Shown: positions 24,763 to 37,699 of the stretch, in pieces
Layout: the number at the start of each line of letters is the position of its first letter
Numbering within the stretch: the first letter of the stretch is position 1
DNA from: Selaginella moellendorffii
Taxonomy: Eukaryota; Plantae; Lycopodiophyta
Reading direction: 5' to 3'
Length of the DNA: 64,000 nucleotides
NCBI RefSeq assembly: GCF_000143415.4
Contig: NW_003314264.1
Location: 4,258,621-4,322,620 of the forward strand
Notes under the pieces: model-generated
Seen by the model: the letters and a program-made list of their open reading frames with translations, nothing else
What the model was told of the DNA's origin: nothing
Database searches by the model: none
Program-made: the position numbers and the translations under genes

Positions 24763-25124
24763 ACTATCAAGACCCCCAACAAGATCAAGACTAGAAAATG
24801 CAAAAGACAAAGAGAAAAACTAGTGAAAACAAAGAAAAGGCCTTAGACTGGCGTTAATTCAGATTGTGGAGAAACGGAACAAGGCTAACCTATATATACT
24901 ATAAGTTGATGAAGCTCCACCACTCTTGGATTGAGGACGGCCTAAATATAGTTGAGGTCAAGGAGGCACCACATCATCATCAGGAATGTGGCTCGAGACT
25001 CAGGAATTGTATGGGAAATCGAGAATCAGGAATAGGGAAGTGTCTCAAGAGTCAAGGATGTGGTCTACAGGTCAGGAATTCGGCGAGAGTCAGGAATGTG
25101 GCAAGAATTGGGGGATTCCTGACA

Positions 25125-25232
25125 ACCTGGAGCGATGGTGCCGAGCTCTTCATCAACTTTCATGAGAGCCCACTTGAAGTCCTCGCCAGCTTTCTTTTGA
25201 TCCTCACCAGTAGCTCGAATGATTTGGCTCCT
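25125..25232 (-). pseudogene. Tau-GST C-terminal domain, 5' part
   Basis: ATGEDQKK/AGEDFKWALMKVDEELGTIAPG with a 1-nt frameshift; joins the part at 19579 across the element. Confidence 0.7.
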
Positions 25233-25302
25233 AGCATCATACACTTGAAAAAAACCACATTTCAGTTAGACTTACTATGTCTAGACTTGGTAAGTTTTCC
25301 CA

Positions 25303-25334
<32 letters not shown>

Positions 25335-25699
25335 TTGGTGGTGCCCTTTTGTCAATTCCTTTAAGTTTTAGCCTTGTGACTATACTCCCCTTGGAACTGA
25401 TGTAGATTTGCATCAGTTAAGTATGGAAGCTGCTCAAGAGGTAACTCACTTTTCTTTTCTTTTTCATCTTTTTAGCTCAATAACCATTCTTAAGGCATGG
25501 TCATATTGATGAGGTGGAAGGATTGTTCTATTGATGCCCTTTCCAGATCTAATATCAAGAACAATCCTCTTTACAGCATATGCCCAAATTCAAGCATACA
25601 TTTGTATCAACCAAAAACCCAGGCTCATGGGATTTTGACCTTGAACCCAAGGCTGCATCAGAGCCATAGATTCCAACTTTCATCTACGAAAATATCATC

Positions 25700-26370
25700 A
25701 CTTGTTTTGGAACACCACTCGAACTCATTCACCGACAGAGGCACCCACTTCATCAACGAAACAATTGAACATCTCACCACTGAGTTCAAAATCCAACACA
25801 AAATGTCGACACCATACTATCCTCAAGGCAATGGTCAAGTAGAAGCAACAAACAAAACATTGAAGACCATCCTCAAAAAAGTCATCAATGATTCTGGCAA
25901 AGACTGGGACAAAAAACTTCTTGACGTACTTTGGGCTTATCGAACTGCATATAAAGTCACCACCGACATGACGCCATTCAAACTTGCCTTTGGAACAGAA
26001 GCCATCACTGCAATTGAATTCATCGTCCCGAGCATGCGAGTCACCGTCAAGTATAATCTCAAGAAAGGCTTCAGCAACTCAAATGTCTTGACAAGCTTCA
26101 ACTCAACGCCCTCTGGACACTTCACACCATCCAAAAACAGCGAAAAGCTCGGCACGATCAACAAGCATCCTGGCACAACATTCCGAAATACAACGTCAAC
26201 AATCATGTTCTCTGGTACCAGGGACCCATCGGCAAACTCAGCCGAAAACTCCACACCAACTGGCAAGGACCTTTCAAAATCATTGCACTCTACCCCAACG
26301 GCACTGCCAAAGTCAGCTTGCCGAAGACTTCACTGAGATCGTCAACCTCAACAAGCTTTGACCATATCAC
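25700..26370 (+). mobile_element. Ty3/Gypsy (non-chromovirus, Athila/Tat-like) integrase fragment
   Basis: TDRGTHF...STPYYPQGNGQVEATNKTL...WAYRTAYK...TPFKLAFG; frameshifted WQGPFKI. Confidence 0.85.
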
Positions 26371-26879
26371 GTCGACATGTCCAGCATCAGCACCTCAGCA
26401 AATTTCTGACCAGAACCAACAAACACCCTGAAACCAACAATTGACAATCACCAGCAGACAAACTTTAACTCAACTCAGTTAGACACAACTCAACTCGACT
26501 CAACACGAACTCATCCACCAACTCCCAGCAAAAATCTGTAAGAGTCAAACTACCGTTGGATCAATGCCACCTCAGCAGATGTCAACAGTTGAACTTGAGT
26601 TAACTTCATCAGCAATATCCACCATTGATCTTCAATCAAGCCAAGTCAAACCAGATCAATTCGGTCAACAAATCTCTACTGTTCATCACCAGCAATCAAG
26701 CGCCACACAATCAGCCAACCAACAGTTACGGGTCTCAAGAACCCTAACGGGGCGAGCACTTCGATCATAGAAAATGAAGAGAAAGATGCCAGCTCATCCA
26801 CCCTGCCGCCTCAGATACGTCACACACCATATTCCTAGGCTTCCCAGCAATGACACAACCACCTGGCTCAAGGACAATG

Positions 26880-27005
26880 GATTCAAGCTCCAGCCATCAA
26901 CAAGCCGATTATCTGGTCAAATATCAAGATAGTTCCTTTTACTACAAGAATACAACTTCGAAATCGTCCACAAACCCGGCAAAAATCACTAGCAAGCAGA
27001 CTCCT
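26880..27005 (+). mobile_element. Gypsy RNase H C-terminal fragment
   Basis: LSGQISR*FLLLQEYNFEIVHKPGKNH. Confidence 0.6.
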
Positions 27006-27532
27006 GAATATTACTGTCCGCATGGTTTCTTCCCATACCTCTTCAACATTTCTCCTCCATAGTACCACTGTTAACTTAACGTTGACATGGGGGACAATTT
27101 CAGAATCCAATCACTTCAATCTCCTTGTATTGTCCACAGCCAGTGTCAGACATACCTTCTTTTTGCTTAATCTTTGTTAAATTATAATTGGAGTCTAAGC
27201 CAGAATTTCTTTCTTGCTTTCTTACTTTATTCTGATTCATGTTGTGTTCCCATTGTACTTCTAAATTCACAAAAGATCTGCTCGTTCTTGCGCCTCTATT
27301 TGACGTCGATGCTGGCGACCAAGATACTTTTCCAGCCCAAGCCTCAAAGAATCGGCTTCTTCAAGGACCTGCTCTACTTTCCTATCGATCCAGAGGAAGA
27401 TACAATATTTCTCCTACACTCCATCACAAATTGCATGGCGAGTAACTTCGGACATTGGCACCGGCCCCTCCAAGGAGGGACATTTCTTATTCATTCATAA
27501 TAGTAATGCCCATAACTAGTTCAGCAACTAGA

Positions 27533-28371
27533 CTAGACAGGCAGTGCGATACCCCCTGCAGCGCAGAGATTAGCTCCAGTGTTGCGATCGTAGAGACTGC
27601 AGCCCTCTTTCATGTCCTCGCAGCTGCGGCGTGCATTCCTGCAAGACTGCAGGGTGGTGCCCTGAAAAGTTACAGACTTGGTACAAATGGACACTGTGGG
27701 CACGCAAACGAGGGGGCAAACCCCCAGGGGGTCTTCAGTAGGCAGGCAGGTGCTGTTTGCGGATGGATTCTCCAAGTAGATGCAACCGGATTTCCCGAAG
27801 CAGCAACCACAGTTATCTTTGGAGACCTCGGCATTGCAGACCTCCACAATCGAATCAAGCTTACACTTCCTTCCTGCCATGAGCTCTATCGGAGAGGGCT
27901 GAGCTTCCTGAACATAATGAACAAGGCGGTTACCTTGATCTGTGCCCTGCTGCTTCAGCCGCGGGATGGGGTCACCGTTAACGATGTTGTAGTAACCGCA
28001 TCCAGGTTGTCGGGGTGGGAGTTTTCCCTTGAGCACCTTGATGCCTGATGTTGGGAATCCTGATGAAGGCAATGGGCATACGGCCAACTTCGGACCTTGG
28101 CACTCCCGGGTACAAGCCCTTGAATCACCGCCAATGCAAGTGACTTGTCCTGAACCAGGTTGCAGGTAGACACAACCTTTCTTCAGACTACAGCAGTTGC
28201 TGCAATCGGTATAGGTGAGGTCACCATAGCAAACCTCGACGACGCCACCTTGAGCAGCTGCAAGAACAGGAGTCCGAGTTAGAATCGAACATACAAGTGG
28301 AGATCTCTCTCACAGGATAACGAGGCCAACAGAAGAAGAACGAGCACGGGGAGATTGCCGCTTCCAGCCAT
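27533..28371 (-). CDS. Secreted multi-domain potato type II (Pin-II, MEROPS I20) serine protease inhibitor; exons 28371-28314 and 28257-27533 (260 aa); possible second 60-nt in-frame intron 27874-27933
   Basis: Signal peptide MAGSGNLPVLVLLLLASLSSAQG split by a 56-nt phase-1 GT-AG intron; CSNCCSLKKGCVY...ACTREC...VCP and CGCCFGKSGCIY...VCPLVC...IC; 24 Cys; frame open to TAG. Confidence 0.85.
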
Positions 28372-28599
28372 ACTTCTCTATTGCAGATCTGATGGGCTTT
28401 TGAAGTCCAGCATTGGTGCTTTAGAAATGTTCAAAACGTGTGTCCTTGACACAATGGATATCTTAATGCAGTAAGATAAGCCCTCTCACCACGGATGTGA
28501 CGGGCGAGCTGAATGTCCTTTGGCAATGCCAAAGGACATCTAATGCCAAATTGGCATTAGATAGTGGCTTGCTTTGCGAAGATTCACCGGTAAAATGCG

Positions 28600-28762
28600 G
28601 GAACAATGCCCAGTCTCAACACAAAAACAAATATCAGCTCCAGTGTTGCAAACGTAGAGATTGCAGCCCTTGATAGAATGAGCGGACCGAAGCTGGAGAG
28701 CCTAGGCCTGAAAAACGATCAGGCACGGTTGCAAGGGTGCAGGGTAACAAGTTGCATACGGT
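28600..28762 (-). pseudogene. Remnant 3' end of a Pin-II paralogue
   Basis: 28636-28670 matches 27572-27606; encodes KGCNLYVCNTGADIC. Confidence 0.55.
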
Positions 28763-29299
28763 GGCAATTTATTTTGGAAAAATGCTCGTCTCGACCATTT
28801 TGATTTTTTATATTCATTTTCTGTTGTCACATATATTGTCTGTATTGAAAACATATATGCCACTAGCAACCCTTGTACCAGGGGTGCTACCCCGATCGAT
28901 TTTTTGCTCTTAGGTAGGGAAAGCTGGATTACTCCTGTGTTGAGAGCTCATAAAATAGAGTAAATGGCAGCATCTGTTAGAACTAAGCTGAACATGCACA
29001 CAACCAAGGCAGGTAGCTCACTGGTAGAGCACCTGGCACCGGTGTAGGAGGTCCTGCCTGTCCAGCCATTTTCCAACAGCATCCATCCCTCCAGCTGGCT
29101 GAAAGTTTGGATCCCAGGACCATTTTGCACTAACAATGCAAACTTTAATTGAACCAGGCCATGGGGAAGAGTCAACCATTGAACCCAATCATGATCAATA
29201 ACAAGGACTCGACGCAAAGAGTTTCTTCAATTCTCATATTGGTGTTGGTACAGTGGTTCACATTGAGTTGGTAGCTTCCCAGACAACTTGTTTGGTTGC

Positions 29300-29515
29300 T
29301 GCTAAAGTTCCTTGATGGAACACTGCCTTCAAACCTGTTGTTGGTCGCATTGGAGCTGAAATTTTTGGAAGGCTCACCCGAGAAGATGGCCTCCCAGTTT
29401 GTTGGAGTTTAACAGAAGTATGCTCGGAAAGCTGAGAGGAATGCTGCCTTGTAGGTGACTAATATCTGCCAAATCTCAGGAGAGCTGAACAAGCTAGAAG
29501 CAGTTAGAGAGTTCC
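29300..29515 (-). pseudogene. Decayed plant LRR (RLK/RLP) fragment
   Basis: HLQGSIP, LLLNSNKLGG and NNRFEGSVP in shifting frames. Confidence 0.45.
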
Positions 29516-30929
29516 TAATCCCTGCAAGCTGGAATAGTTGGTTTATGAATATCTATCAAATCCATCAAATCCAATGCACCTTCACTGAAAATGTCAACAC
29601 AGTGAGCCATTTCCTCCAAACACAGTAGGTGTAATGGGACCAATGTCGTACTTGGCACTGTCCATAAACCATGGCTACAACAAAATAGCAATCGTTGGCA
29701 TTGCTTTGGCTTGTACATGTGATCTGAAATATGTCCTGCCAGCCCACGAGAGAACGAGCTTTTTAAATGCTTGAAAACGTTTACTGTTTGGAACGTACAT
29801 AGGATGAAGTTATCGCCTCTGACGGTGAATCCAAAGCCCTCTCTCCAGATTGTCGCGAGTTTTACAAGTTCCCAGCAAGACACAACCTCACTGGCTGGAC
29901 GAATCCAGAGCATGGCCCGTGGTGATTCGGCCTCTTTTGTTTTGCGTGGTTTACTCCCAAAGCCAGAGATCAACTTTCATGCTGGGATGCTGGCCGGTGT
30001 AACCTTGGGGACGGAGCCTGACCGAATCAACTGGTAAGCTAGAAGTTTTTTTCGTATTTAAGTATTCGCTGACTGATACTTTATTCCAGCGGCTTCGACA
30101 TGGTCCGTAGCCAACGCCACGGCATTTGGACAGTGGATACAGAGCAGAGGCTCCATCTCTCCCGTTGCATCCGGCTACGTCATCTCCGGCCCGACCACAG
30201 CTCTACGAGCCGAGGTTGTTCATGTTTCCATGGAGGAGGAATGGCCGAGGACGCTCCAGAACGGTCTCGTAGCACACTTCGGCTCCTCCAAGGCTCGAGA
30301 CAGGAGATGCAAGGGATGCGTCTGGGTGGGAATGGCTTGTGTGACAACGCCGGTAGTAGCAGCAGTGTGGGCACAGGGAAGCCAGGGAGCAGCAGCGGCA
30401 TCAAGCTGCAAATCCGCTACGTTCTAGAGCAACTTGAAGCGGAATTTTATGGCCTCTCGTGGCTGACCATCAGTCCCATGTATCTCCACTGGCATCCAGT
30501 GCTGCCTTACCACTGCGGCGTAGTGCTGCGGCTGGAGAAGCTACTGTATTACCCGAAGGCACCACCGCCGCCGCCGCCGCCGCCGTTATGATTATGTACA
30601 TACGATGTTTAAAACGACAGTATACATATACGTATTCTTATTAAGCAAAGGGAAGATTAAAAAAAAAGAGTTTAGCCTTTGTTCGTTAACCATCTCTTCT
30701 TTGTTGAGCATACAATGGCGGACTCAAGGGGCTCTTTTCCAGACGTATCACGCTAAACCGGTTAAAGACCGATCGATGCTTAACCTCACAACAATGCACA
30801 GCCATATTTCTTGCTGATATCGGTTCTAAGCCAAGGCGCATTGGCCAATGTCGCATTGCTGGATTCCTACCACTTTCGATGAAACTGCATTCTCTCTCGA
30901 TCAGCCAAAACACCAAGCTATCTTTCCTT

Positions 30930-32170
30930 AGCCATTAGTCTTTTGCTCCTATCCTTGATTGTTACACCTAGCAACATAGGATCGTTACTTCCATTCTTGA
31001 GGTATCCTTTTGGTTCCATAACAAACACTTTGTTTTGCCAAGTCTAAAGGGTGTTCACCTCTAGCACGTCTCTTTAACATTTTCTGTTATAGGCTCTATC
31101 TACGACTTAACTTTGAGACCCTCATATGGATCCCTTATAGAGACTACTTTCCTTGGACTTACTATGCTATTGCATTGGCATAGCTCATTTCCCTTAAGTG
31201 TTCTTCTCATTTGGTCACCTTGACCAAGCCACACCATTATCAATCGTTCAAATTAACACTTTGAACTAGGAACCTTATTCCTTACCCAAACAAGGACCCT
31301 TAGCTGGAAGGGCTAGCTTGGGTGCACCGCCAAGTGTGGGGGATGCCCCCGGGGGCATGGTGAACAACTTAAAGGTCTGGAAGACTTAGTACCTATTGGC
31401 AAACCTGTTAAGGTGCCAAAATGAGATCACTTGGTGATCTTGTGGCTAAATTCACCATTCACTTATTCACCACGTCTTTGGTGCCACTTGCACCAAAGTT
31501 TTCAAATTAGATATGCCAAGCTTTCACACTAAGCAATCTAACTATGTATCACGACTTCGGGGCATCCCCCACTTGGCGGTGTGCCCAAGCTAGTCTCCTT
31601 ACTAAGAGTCCATGACCACTGAAAAATGAGTGTCCTCATATTCCAAACCGTCACCTCGCCCTAGTGAGTTAGGACTCAAACTCAAGCACTAGAGGGTCGG
31701 GATTCGAACCCAACCTCCGCATATGCATCTACGGACGGCATCGCACAGGATGCTTGGCGTGACTCCCCACGCCAGTGCACCAACTTATACTTAAAATGCG
31801 CTACAGATCATAGTTTAGGAACTTAGTTCCTTCGCACTACCAAGCCCTCTCGTGATTATGCATGGACTCCTCTATGCTTGGCCCCATTGGCCACCCTTTT
31901 TGAAGTTAGCACTTTCAACTAGGGTATTTGTTTCCCCGACTTACCAATCTCACTTAGCAAGTCATCCGGCCACTGTAATATGGTTCATGCATAAGCGTAA
32001 AAATCTTCAACCATTGACTTTCGTTCAAAGCCCTTTCTTTGAACACTCGGAACTACTTCCCCAACCTTGATAGCCTCACCTCATGGCAAGCTTCAAGACC
32101 ACGTTTCTACTGTGCCACTCTGATTTCACATGTTCTATGAACCATTTACACTTGGTTTTCTAGGTATCAA
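30930..32170 (-). mobile_element. Older fragment of the 6582-14168 family interior, with a ~150-bp internal inversion (31301-31451)
   Basis: Reverse complement of ~10290-11570 with deletions, except 31301-31451 which matches ~11048-11195 directly. Confidence 0.85.
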
Positions 32171-32179
32171 GCTAGATTT

Positions 32180-35050
32180 GGTTGGATTTATGTAGAAATT
32201 ATGTCTATTTAGCAATTGAAGTCTTCAAGCATCAAGTTCTTAGCACCATCCAAGGATGAAACTTAAGAAATGTAATGATTTATTTTCGTTCTAGTATATT
32301 TTGGAACAAGAAAGTACAATCCCTATTATATACCTTGAGGCTACTTCAGGAGCTATCAAATCACTTGATCTGGGTAATCTCCAAAAGAAAGTGTGAGAGG
32401 TATTGAAGGATAATATTGTCAAGATAGCAACGACAAAATCCCTGCTTATTTCCATAAAGGAAAAATGTTTTTCTTAAGCTTAATGCAAATTCCAGTCTTA
32501 ATCAAATTTGTACTCACATTATCAATTGGGATAGAAGTTTTCATTTTTCACGCCGTGTTTCAAGAACTTGATCTAGCAACTATTCAAGTTGTTCATACTG
32601 TATATGTGGAGGCATGTGGAGTTCAACCTGCTCCACTTAAAGATCTAATTTTAGTCTCAATAAATCAGTATACATGGTGGATTAATCCATTGATAGGCCA
32701 TTAGCTTTACTTTGAAATATTTTCACTAAAACTTTGTTTCCTACCATAAGTTCAAGAGTGAACCTTAATCAAGACCTTCACCTTGACCTTGATAAGGTAT
32801 GATTACCTTTTGGGCTTAACTTATCAAAGACACTAATATTCAGCTTAAAGCTATTATTTTTGTGTTTGACTTGCAATCTTAAATCAGTTATTCAGCACCT
32901 TTAGGCATTGTGTTTTGTTACAAAGCTTTTTCTTTATATTCATAACAAACCTCAACCAACACAACTAAGATGAGTCATATATGCTAGTCTCTTCTGTAAT
33001 CAGATAGTTAGCAACCACTTTTGAGCGATTTCAAACCAATATTGGCTAACCATCAACTTTAATATTGGTTTCATACACCAACATCAAACAAACCCACATT
33101 TTTGCTTAACCAGTTTAATCAACTTTACTAACTCGTTAAGCCTTACCAGATATATAAGAGACCTTGATCTAAACTCAAGTCTTGAATGTTCTATGGCACT
33201 TTGGAGACCCAACAGAAGATCTATCTAAAGATCAATATGGTGAAATTCATCCAGGAGTATATTTAAGTGAAATTTGCATAAAAACAAGAATTGCTTACAC
33301 AATTTCGTAAGAAACACCCCAAGTATTTGGATGAGACCCATCACCAACTCCTTGAAGTGGGACTAACACAATACACCATTAAAGGATTTACAACCAGATC
33401 GCCTGGAGGACATATCCATCCTTGTTTAGCTTAGTCTTATTTACTGTGCAACTCCAACCATGGATAATATAGTAAAAAGTCTTTTTTAAATCTCTAACAA
33501 CCTTTGACCTTGAACACCTTTACAGGATCTTGATCTTTTGGCTTCTCCGTTTGAAGACTTTTGTTGTCTACCATACTTTTTTACAAACACAACTAAATAC
33601 CTGATGTGATCATTTAAACACTTCTTGGACAGCATTTAAACAAGCAGCTGAACTTTGATCCATCCTTTGCAAGTATCAAGAAAAGGGTCTAGCATAACAC
33701 ATGCCCTTCAGTTATAAACAGATCCTTCACCCTAGTGCAAATAAAGAACTTTGAAAAGAGGAAAGGAAATTTTATGTAACATTTCATTTAGGGCTAGTTT
33801 CCAAAAAAGTCACAAAAGTTTCCAATTTGGGTGAACCCTAACTGAGTGGTAATGTAGCAAACTAAGTGTGAGGACAAGTTTTTGGTGAAGGTGTTAGTGT
33901 GATTGTACAAGGTGTTTTGTAGTGCATTCTTGTGCCTCGGAGGTCGATCATTCTTTGGTTTCCCTTGTTTTTGTGCATGTATCCATGAATAGAGAGCTAG
34001 TCCTTGTTATAGTGGAGTTGAGGGGCAGCCATGTGGCCAAATTGTCTCACAAGCAGTGTGTTGCTGTCCATTCCTAGACCATGTGTGGAAGATTGATGTT
34101 TGTTAAATTGAGCATTGTGAGTGGTTGCTAATTTGAGAAACTTGCATCCAAGGCTTTGTGTGGCATTGGAGACTTTTAGTGAGAATGCTAAAGGCATTGT
34201 TAGGAAGTGATGCAATAAATCGAGACAAAGGCTTGATTTTTGAGGCATAGTGAGTAAGCTATTGCTTACTTTTCTGTTTGAACACCCTGTGTAGGAGAGA
34301 AAACTTTGTCTAGTGCTGTAGTAGGCTAGCATTTTCTTCTTGGCAAATGGCTAGTACTGAGTCAAGTGTAGCTGGGGGCATAGTGAGGAATGAGGGAGAG
34401 AAATGCCTAGGGATGTAGGGCTTGATTATTCTGGGCTCAGCAAGTTGTGGTGGCTTTGGTTCTTGTGGTTGGGTATCTTGGCATGGTATATAAACTAGAT
34501 GAAGCTACAAGTCTTGGAAAGAGGGCTTGGAAAGGCTGACTGCAAAATGAGCTTGTTCATGGCAAATACTTGTACTCATGGCATGGGACCTTGATGGATG
34601 TTAGAGCAGTGTTTAAATGTCCCAACCTGATTTCATAAGCAATACTTATCTAGAGCTGTGTGGAGAATGGTGAAGAGGAGTTGTTCATGAAGACGAGTCA
34701 CAATAGGGATGTTTACTGGATGCACAAATGTTTGTGGCCATTCTTGATATTTCGAGATCCTCAATTCATTGTGGTTGGACTCATGGCCAGTGCTAATTTG
34801 GTGGAAACAACCAAGACTGACTCCTAGAAAGATTGACTTTTGTTCACTCTCAAGTTGGGAAGAGTATATATGGCTTAGATATATGCTAACTATTGGAAAT
34901 GCTTGGGGGGTTTTTCTTTTCATAAGATGTCTCAATGGAATGTGGTTTCTTATACCTCTTTAGTGTTATTGGAAAATTGAAGGACTTTGATGAAAATAAA
35001 GTGGTGTGAACTTATGTGGCTGTCTTGGATAATGTTAGTGTAAGCAACCC
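32180..35050 (-). mobile_element. Highly degenerate Gypsy-like pol remnants
   Basis: Only scattered motifs (e.g. MIDLRG near 33940), strand-biased composition, no ORF. Confidence 0.3.
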
Positions 35051-35089
35051 AAGGGAACTATTTAAAAGATGATTTATAAAGTTCAAATA

Positions 35090-35490
35090 TAAAGGAGTAC
35101 ACCCTTTTTTCCAATCAGTTTGGGATATTTGGGGTTAAGCATCATTGGGTTTAAATACTACTGGGTTGGGTGACCTTTTAAGAAATTCAAATTTAGGAGC
35201 TTACATGGTATCAGAGGGGGTCTTAGGTTTGACTCTATTGGTTAAATAGAAGAATCACACCATATATTGATTGACATCTAGCAAGTCTAGTGTGCTCCGG
35301 TTGGGCTCGTCCCACAGGGCTCTCAGGAGAGCTGTGGTTCTCAGCTTTTGTTCACGAGGGTGTGAATTAGTAGAGAAGCATAGTAAATTGTTGGTTGGCT
35401 AATAAAATCACACCACATGTTAATTAACATCTAGCAGGTCTAATGTGCTCCGGCTGGGCTTGACCCAAAAGGTAGGGTCTCAAGAGAGCC
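35090..35490 (+). mobile_element. LTR end with tRNA-iMet PBS (TGGTATCAGAG 35206-35216) followed by a ~100-bp duplicated segment
   Basis: CTTACA-TGGTATCAGAG junction; similarity to 14625-14980. Confidence 0.5.
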
Positions 35491-35679
35491 ATACCAAAAT
35501 TACTATGTAGATGAGGCAAGGATGGCTACAAATCAATAGGATCCCCAAGCACTCAACAAAGGAGAGTTAGATTAGAGTCCAATGTATTAGCAAACAATAG
35601 CCGTGGCCAGCCATAACTGCTAGCTGCCATGTGGACTACCCCAAGCTTGAGCTTATGCTTGATCTTAAGTGAATTACCT

Positions 35680-37641
35680 TGACCTCTAAGTCCCACTATC
35701 CTTTGGGACTTCCTCACCATGTGATTGTATCCTTGTTCACTGCACAAGAGGATTGCTCTTCTTCCCTTTCATCGTTTGGAACTTTGGGATAACATTTTGA
35801 AACACCGTGGCCTTACGCAAGCCTCATGGGTACTCTCCCCACCTTCCGCTTTTTGGTGCTCTAACCATGGGCTTAGAGTGAGGTTCCATTAAGCCACACT
35901 AAGTATCCAAGTAGGTAGTGCCACCCACACTTGGACTGGGAGCATCGGCCAGTCAATCTCCCAGGGGAACTAGAGCTGGCTCTTGAACACTTCACCAAGT
36001 TACCCCATTTGTCAGTCCGTGTTCACTCGAGTCTTGGACTTCCCAGTGGGCAGCTCATCACCCAACACTGGGTACAGCTTTTCTGGGCCAAATTGGCCTT
36101 TCCTGGCCAAATTGGCTCCACTGTAGTCCTTCCCTTACTATATTTTTGGAGCTCATCAAACCCCCTAGGGTCTGGGAGACGAACGGTTTGGGCTTTCACC
36201 CTCTTAGACTCGGACTCAGACTCGGACTCGGACTCGGACTTGGGCTCGATCTTGGCCTCGGCCTTGGTCTCGGTCCTGGTCTTGGTCTCGGTCTCGGTTC
36301 CAGTCTCAGTCTCGGTCCCGGTCTCGACTTCGGACTCCATCTCGGACTCCATCTCGGGTCTATCTCGGACTCCATCTCGGGTCTATCTCGGACTCCATCT
36401 CGGGTCTATCTCGGACTCCATCTCGGGTCTATCTTGGACTCCATCTCGGGTCCATCTCAGGTCCATCTCGGGTCCATCTCGGACTCCATCTTGGGTCCAT
36501 CTCGGGTCCACCTCGGACTCCATCTCGGACTCCACCTCGGGTCCATCTCGGGTCCATCTCGGACTCCATCTCGGGTCCATCTCGGTTCCATCTCGGACTC
36601 CATCTCGGACTCCATCTTGGATTCCATCTCGGACTCCATCTCGGACTCCATCTTGGACTCATCCACATGTCACGTGTTGGTCCATTTGGGTCCCTTTTTG
36701 AAGCCTTGCTTATTGCTTGCTTCGTACTCATTCCTCGAGCACTTTGTTGGGAGTTCCAATCCCGTTCTCGACCTTTCAAGGTGGAGCTTTTAGTCCAAAC
36801 GTGTTACGCTCGTTTGGCTTTTGCTTCGGCCACTACCATGTGGCACCCTTTTAGCTCCACTTTGGGGCCTAGGGATTTTGTGTCTCACACTCTCTTGGGA
36901 GATCAAATGGTCAATGCTCCAAATCCAAGTGTGGGTGGTGCACTACTTACTTGGATACTTAGCTCATTCAAACCTTACTCTAGCCACATGGCTAGGGCAC
37001 CCAAAGGTGGAAAGTGGGGAGAGTACCCACAAAACTCACGTTAGGCTACAATGTTTCGAAATGTCATCCCAAACTGTGGAAAAGAAGAGGAATAATCCTC
37101 TTGTGTAGTGACCAAGAATACAGTCACATAGCAAGGAAGTCCCAGAAGTCAATAGGACTTAATGGTCAGGCCTTCGGGCCCTAACCTAGTGGCAGTGTTA
37201 ACGAGCATGGCCGTGGATAGAAAGGGACTTAATAAGGACCAAAAAAAGGATATTGGGAAAGGTTGTTCCCCATGTTTTTGAGCATCCTAAAGATGTTAAA
37301 GTGTGGTTATGGGATAACCATTCATGAACAGATGGCACAGTCTTTAGAAGAGGAGACTATGGTATGGGTGGTTTTGAACTACCTATGAAACAAGGGTGAA
37401 TAGACATAGCCTTAGTGTAACGAGTTAATATGTCAATGGTACATTTAGGTATTTGTCGTGGGATCATATATGTGAAACACTTGGACTAAGTGCAAAGGTT
37501 AAGTGGCATAAATGGCATTCACGGGGCTAGTATGTCCCCAAGTCAGGAATAAAATTTATGGAGGTTGTGAGTGAGACTCCTTCAAGTGGTTAAAGGTGTG
37601 GTTAAGTGATTAAAGTAAAATGAAAAATTTAGTCACTTACA
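35680..37641. mobile_element. Composite of two partial LTRs of the 6582-14168 family in opposite orientations (35680-36889 minus; ~36920-37641 plus)
   Basis: LTR 5' end TGTGAGACAC at 36889 (minus); LTR 3' end CACTTACA at 37641 (plus); minisatellite ~36205-36660. Confidence 0.85.
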
Positions 37642-37699
37642 CATACATTATTTCTATACTACTATCAGACTTGGCCTTTTTATCAATGGGTTTGTCCCT

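Larger units (their letters stand above)
19580..25124 (-). mobile_element. Decayed full-length Ty3/Gypsy chromovirus (Tcn1-like)
   Basis: 360-bp LTRs at 19580-19939 and 24765-25124 (~89% identical by eye); PPT GAGGAAGGGG; gag-PR-RT-RH-INT-chromodomain order; degenerate TSD GCCTA/ACCTG. Confidence 0.95.

Noticed and set aside
30100-30591. GC-rich 163-aa ORF ending in poly-Pro
   Set aside because: No recognisable domain; overlapping frames equally plausible; cannot be assigned
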